This document shows, one piece after another, positions 59,755 through 64,000 of a stretch of 64,000 nucleotides of DNA. The number at the start of each line of letters is the position of its first letter. The first letter of the stretch is position 1. This DNA is from Octopus vulgaris. Lineage: Eukaryota. The notes under the pieces were generated by a model. It had not been told where the DNA came from. It ran no database searches and saw nothing but the letters and a program-made list of their open reading frames with translations. The DNA lies in NCBI GenBank assembly GCA_951406725.2, contig OX597835.1:44888001-44952000 (forward strand), in the 5' to 3' direction. Position numbers and translations under genes: made by a program.

Positions 59755-60809
59755 ATGTATGTATGTATGTATGTATGCATGACACTTATATGACGTATTT
59801 AATCATGCATTCGTGGTCGGGTGGGCAATTTTCAGGGTCTCGACAGTTATAAATATCAGGTTCTTGGTGTTTCCTTGTAATGATGCTTCTCATATTGGTG
59901 CAGTGGCTATATCATAATTTAACTGAGCGCGTCTGGAATGCGTGTCTGACAGAGACAGGAAATTCTACCTATGTTAATTTTAACATTAACGGAAAAAGGG
60001 GTGGGGTGAACCAAAATATAATCTTAATTCCATTATAAGTTCTATTTTTGTTATTCATATTTATTATTAGAGAGATTATATATTAAGTCATCATATATTA
60101 AGCCCCTATTCGATAGGGCCTTTTTGTAATAGGGGGCTGCCATCTAAAATTTTTTTTCCGAAGAGAGGTTAGATACTCTATTACTAATGTTGGCTATCAG
60201 GTCTTTAAATACTATGAGGTGGGGTGATAAGATTGTATATATAAGTAAGTTTCTTGTTGGGCTTATGATACGTTTTATAAGAGCAAGAGATTAGGTCTAG
60301 CAAAACATATAAAATATCGGATTTAGACAGATTATAAACGACTATGATTCTGAGGCCGAATTGATTGAAGGTAGATGTAAGATAACTCCTAAATGTATCT
60401 GGAGTGTGAGCATCAAAGCCATGGAAAATACCTAATCCGTCGTTTTGTTACTGACCAACGTTTCGAGATAAGTACTTGGATCTCAATATATATCATACAA
60501 AGAGATCTACAAGACCGCATTTGTAAGCTCTGTCGTACGATGCCATTGGTACCTCGAACAATTTATAATTATCGGACATTTTAGTCATGCTGAGGCCTTA
60601 ATAAACAGTCGTGATTTTCCCGCATTCTCTCACCTTATCGTGCTGTCTTTAGCTTGTTATGCCATGTGGGCACAGGCTGAAGGTTGCAGAAGGCACCAGA
60701 TATGTTAAAAATGCTGTGATTGCCTGAAAATAATAGTGGATAATAGAAATAGTTATTGTGTTTATTTCTCATCAGATGGAGTCCTTTTTTTTTCGAGGCT
60801 GCTTGCTTC

Positions 60810-60953
60810 ACAATCACGTGGTTTAGTGCTGAGTCTCACTGCGTGGCTACTTGAGCAGGCGTTTTCTACTATAGTCTAGTGTGGTCCACAGATGTGTGAG
60901 TGGGTTTGGCAGACGGAAACTGAAAGAAGACCGAGGTATAAGTATATAAATAC

Positions 60954-60984
<31 letters not shown>

Positions 60985-61007
60985 TATATATATATGTATA
61001 TGTATGG

Positions 61008-61080
<73 letters not shown>

Positions 61081-61092
61081 TATATATAAGGA

Positions 61093-61136
<44 letters not shown>

Positions 61137-61470
61137 TATATATAAGGATAATTAGGCAATTCGAATTATACAGAATATTAAAGACATTTAATTGAACAAA
61201 TGTACATGTTTATGGATATAGAATAGTCCGACGTATAGAATGTAAATGATATCGGGAGTTAAATGGGTGGAGTTTTACAAGTCCAGCAGGTGTCTCTGGG
61301 ATCTCTGTGGTTCGGGATAATGATAGTTACTTGGATCCGATATGGGGAAACACCGCGTCCGTCTACATTGGAGAATTTTACATTTGAGGTGTCGACATCT
61401 ACCGGCTCAAATTGATCTATCGGCCCGAAGTGTACTCAATATAGAAAAAGCCTGTCTCTAACCTATAAAC

Positions 61471-61544
<74 letters not shown>

Positions 61545-61755
61545 CGTATGCTTGCGTGCGAGAGGGTGCGAGCGTCTTTGTGTCTGTGTTTGTCCTCCCA
61601 CTAACATTTGGCATCCAGTGCTGAGGTGTTTACGTCCACATAGAATGAGTACCTGGTTTTAAAAAAAAATGGGTCGAGGGGTCGATGCGTTCGAGTAAGA
61701 AATCACCAAGGCGGTACTGCTCCTGTCTGCAGTTTAATGATTGAAACAAGTAAGA
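60810..61755 (+). mobile_element. Degenerate SINE (20597 family) split by an insertion in its internal (TA)n
   Basis: 5' half ends GGCAGACGGAAACTGAAAGAAG; 3' half runs GTGTCTGTGTTTGTCCTCCC..TTGAAACAAGTAA. Confidence 0.6.
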
Positions 61756-62068
61756 AATAAATAAGAGATTGGTATACACACCATCGAGTTCAAACAACTA
61801 ACAACTCCACATACCCATAGACAAAATTATATCTAACAGCACACACACACATACACACTCCATCCTTCTAATGCTAGACACCAAACCCATTAAGTTTCAT
61901 TTATATATCTATACACATATTGATCGGTGTCTCGCGAGACCCCATCAAAATGACATTCACTGATGGATTTTAACTCTTCATCTTACCGCTGTGCCATTCC
62001 CTTGCTTTTTCAATTGTCATTTCTTAACATTTCCCATTTACAATTGAAATAATTATTCACTACACACC

Positions 62069-62131
<63 letters not shown>

Positions 62132-62290
62132 TCACACTAACTTACTGTATTTTCATTTGTGACAAGAGACTAATTCCTGAAACGCTAAACACCAAATGTC
62201 AAATTTTCCAACTTTAAACAAATATCAAATTCGTTAAGATTTGTTCTTTCTAGTCCTTAATGCATGCATACATACATACGTACATACAGT

Positions 62291-62632
62291 GGAGGCGCAT
62301 GGCTCAGTGGTTAGAGCGTCGAGCTTACGATCTTGAGGTTGTGAGCTCGAATCCCGGACCGGGCTGCGTGTTGTGTTCTTGAGCAAGGCACTTTATTTCA
62401 CGTTGCTCCAGTTCACTCAGCTGTAGAAATGAGTTGCGACGTCACAGGTGCTAAGCTGTATCGACCTTTGTCTTTCCCTTGGATAACACTGGTGGCGTGG
62501 AGAGGGGAGGCCGGTATGCATGGGCGACTGCTGGTCTTCCATAAACAACCTTGCCCGGACTTGTGTCTAGGAGGGTAACTTTCTAGGTCCAATCCCATGG
62601 TCATTCATGACCGAAGGGGGTCTTTACCCTTT
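62291..62632 (+). mobile_element. Full-length tRNA-derived SINE
   Basis: A-box TGGCTCAGTGG, B-box GCTCGAATCC, TCTTGAGCAAGGCACTT core and AATCCCATGGTC tail. Confidence 0.88.
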
Positions 62633-62639
62633 ACATACG

Positions 62640-62671
<32 letters not shown>

Positions 62672-62819
62672 GTAATTAGCTTCCCCATGTTGATTCAGAC
62701 ATGCACGGACTAGTTTCAGAGTATTTGCACTTTATCAATGTGGATATGTCGAACACACCATGCGATGCTGTCAACAGTCTGTTCGAAGGTTTATATATAT
62801 TCAGCGGAACCTACATACA

Positions 62820-62890
<71 letters not shown>

Positions 62891-62922
62891 ATACATATAC
62901 ATATATATATATATATACATAC

Positions 62923-62989
<67 letters not shown>

Positions 62990-63544
62990 CATACATATGT
63001 ATATTATATTTACTTATATGTATATTCTATTTTTTATATATATTCTACTTATTATACAACATCACTCTTTTATGTACACTTTTTTATGTAAATTCCTTTA
63101 TGTACACTGATTTGTTCTGCATTTTTATGTTTAACCCTACAGTCTCTTATGTGGTGGTTTAATAAAGTATGTGATTGAGTATTATCTGGTAATTGATATT
63201 TGATTTAGATGTATTTCTCCATTTTCTTATCTTGTATTAGTAATTTGTGGTAAATCATTTTACCTTTGCCCATATAATGCAGTAAATGAAATAATTGCAT
63301 CGCAATCCTTAACATTTATGTATTAACTTTGTTGGGTACTTCACTAGCAATATATTGGATATATGTTATCCCATGGAGGGTTGCATTTACAACCCCTATC
63401 TCAATTTGTATAAACATATATAGATGTACATGCAGTCACGCGCGTGTGCACAAACACACTTGGTCTCACTCCCACGCACACACGGGCACATATATGGATG
63501 TGCATATGTGTATGTGTGTATGTATATGTATGTGGGTGTGTGCC

Positions 63545-63761
63545 TGTGTATTCGTAGATTTACACCCACACATATAGAATCTCCTCAAAAGAGAAAATGT
63601 TATCTGAAAGTAAGGAGATTTTGAGGTGATGTATACGTGTGCACAAATATGTGCGCGCACGCGAGTGTTTGACCTTGTGTATTCGTACACATACACCCAC
63701 ACATATAGAATCTGCTAAAAGTGAAATTCTTATCTGAATATAACGAGATTTTGAGATGATG
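63545..63761. repeat. Diverged tandem duplication, period about 131 bp
   Basis: TGTGTATTCGTA..ACACCCACACATATAGAATCT..GAGATTTTGAG occurs twice. Confidence 0.8.
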
Positions 63762-64000
63762 CGACTTAATCACGTTGGTTATTTTTCGAATTTATTTTAC
63801 AACATTTTGAATAATCTCAGTAGAATGTAATAAGAGTAAAACTCTTTTAAATGATCACTTCAAAACCGCTCTAACGTACGATTAGTATCGGCAATATATA
63901 TATATATATATCATACACGCACTAATACACTCACATACATAAGCTCGTATGTTGTGAAGATTGAGAGATGGTGTTTCTTTTCTGAAGAACTCAAGAGACG

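Noticed and set aside
62291-62365. tRNA genes (also 26525, 55274 and 57600)
   Set aside because: A/B boxes continue into SINE bodies, with no clean cloverleaf or terminator.

Overview
AT-rich, repeat-saturated eukaryotic DNA. The SINE families and the dense (TA)n/(CA)n/(ATT)n/(TATG)n tracts look like a coleoid cephalopod, probably Octopus (inference from repeat recognition). No intact host gene is visible, and most ORFs in the track are microsatellite artefacts. The window holds decayed transposable elements: R4/Dong-like RLE LINE 3' ends nested in (ATT)n, a non-autonomous Helitron, mariner and Tc1 transposase relics, RTE LINE relics, Tigger-like and hAT MITEs, tRNA-derived SINEs, and Penelope-like (GIY-YIG) remnants. 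The most notable pattern, folded by eye, is about a dozen minimal type I hammerhead-ribozyme motifs in at least seven unrelated repeat families. Several lie in inverted or tandem units inserted in (TA)n, and together they show all four Watson-Crick identities of the core 3:8 pair (C-G, U-A, A-U, G-C). A weak, probably pseudogenised multi-exon gene may lie on the minus strand (about 34.4-32.5 kb, possibly also 15.4-15.0 kb).
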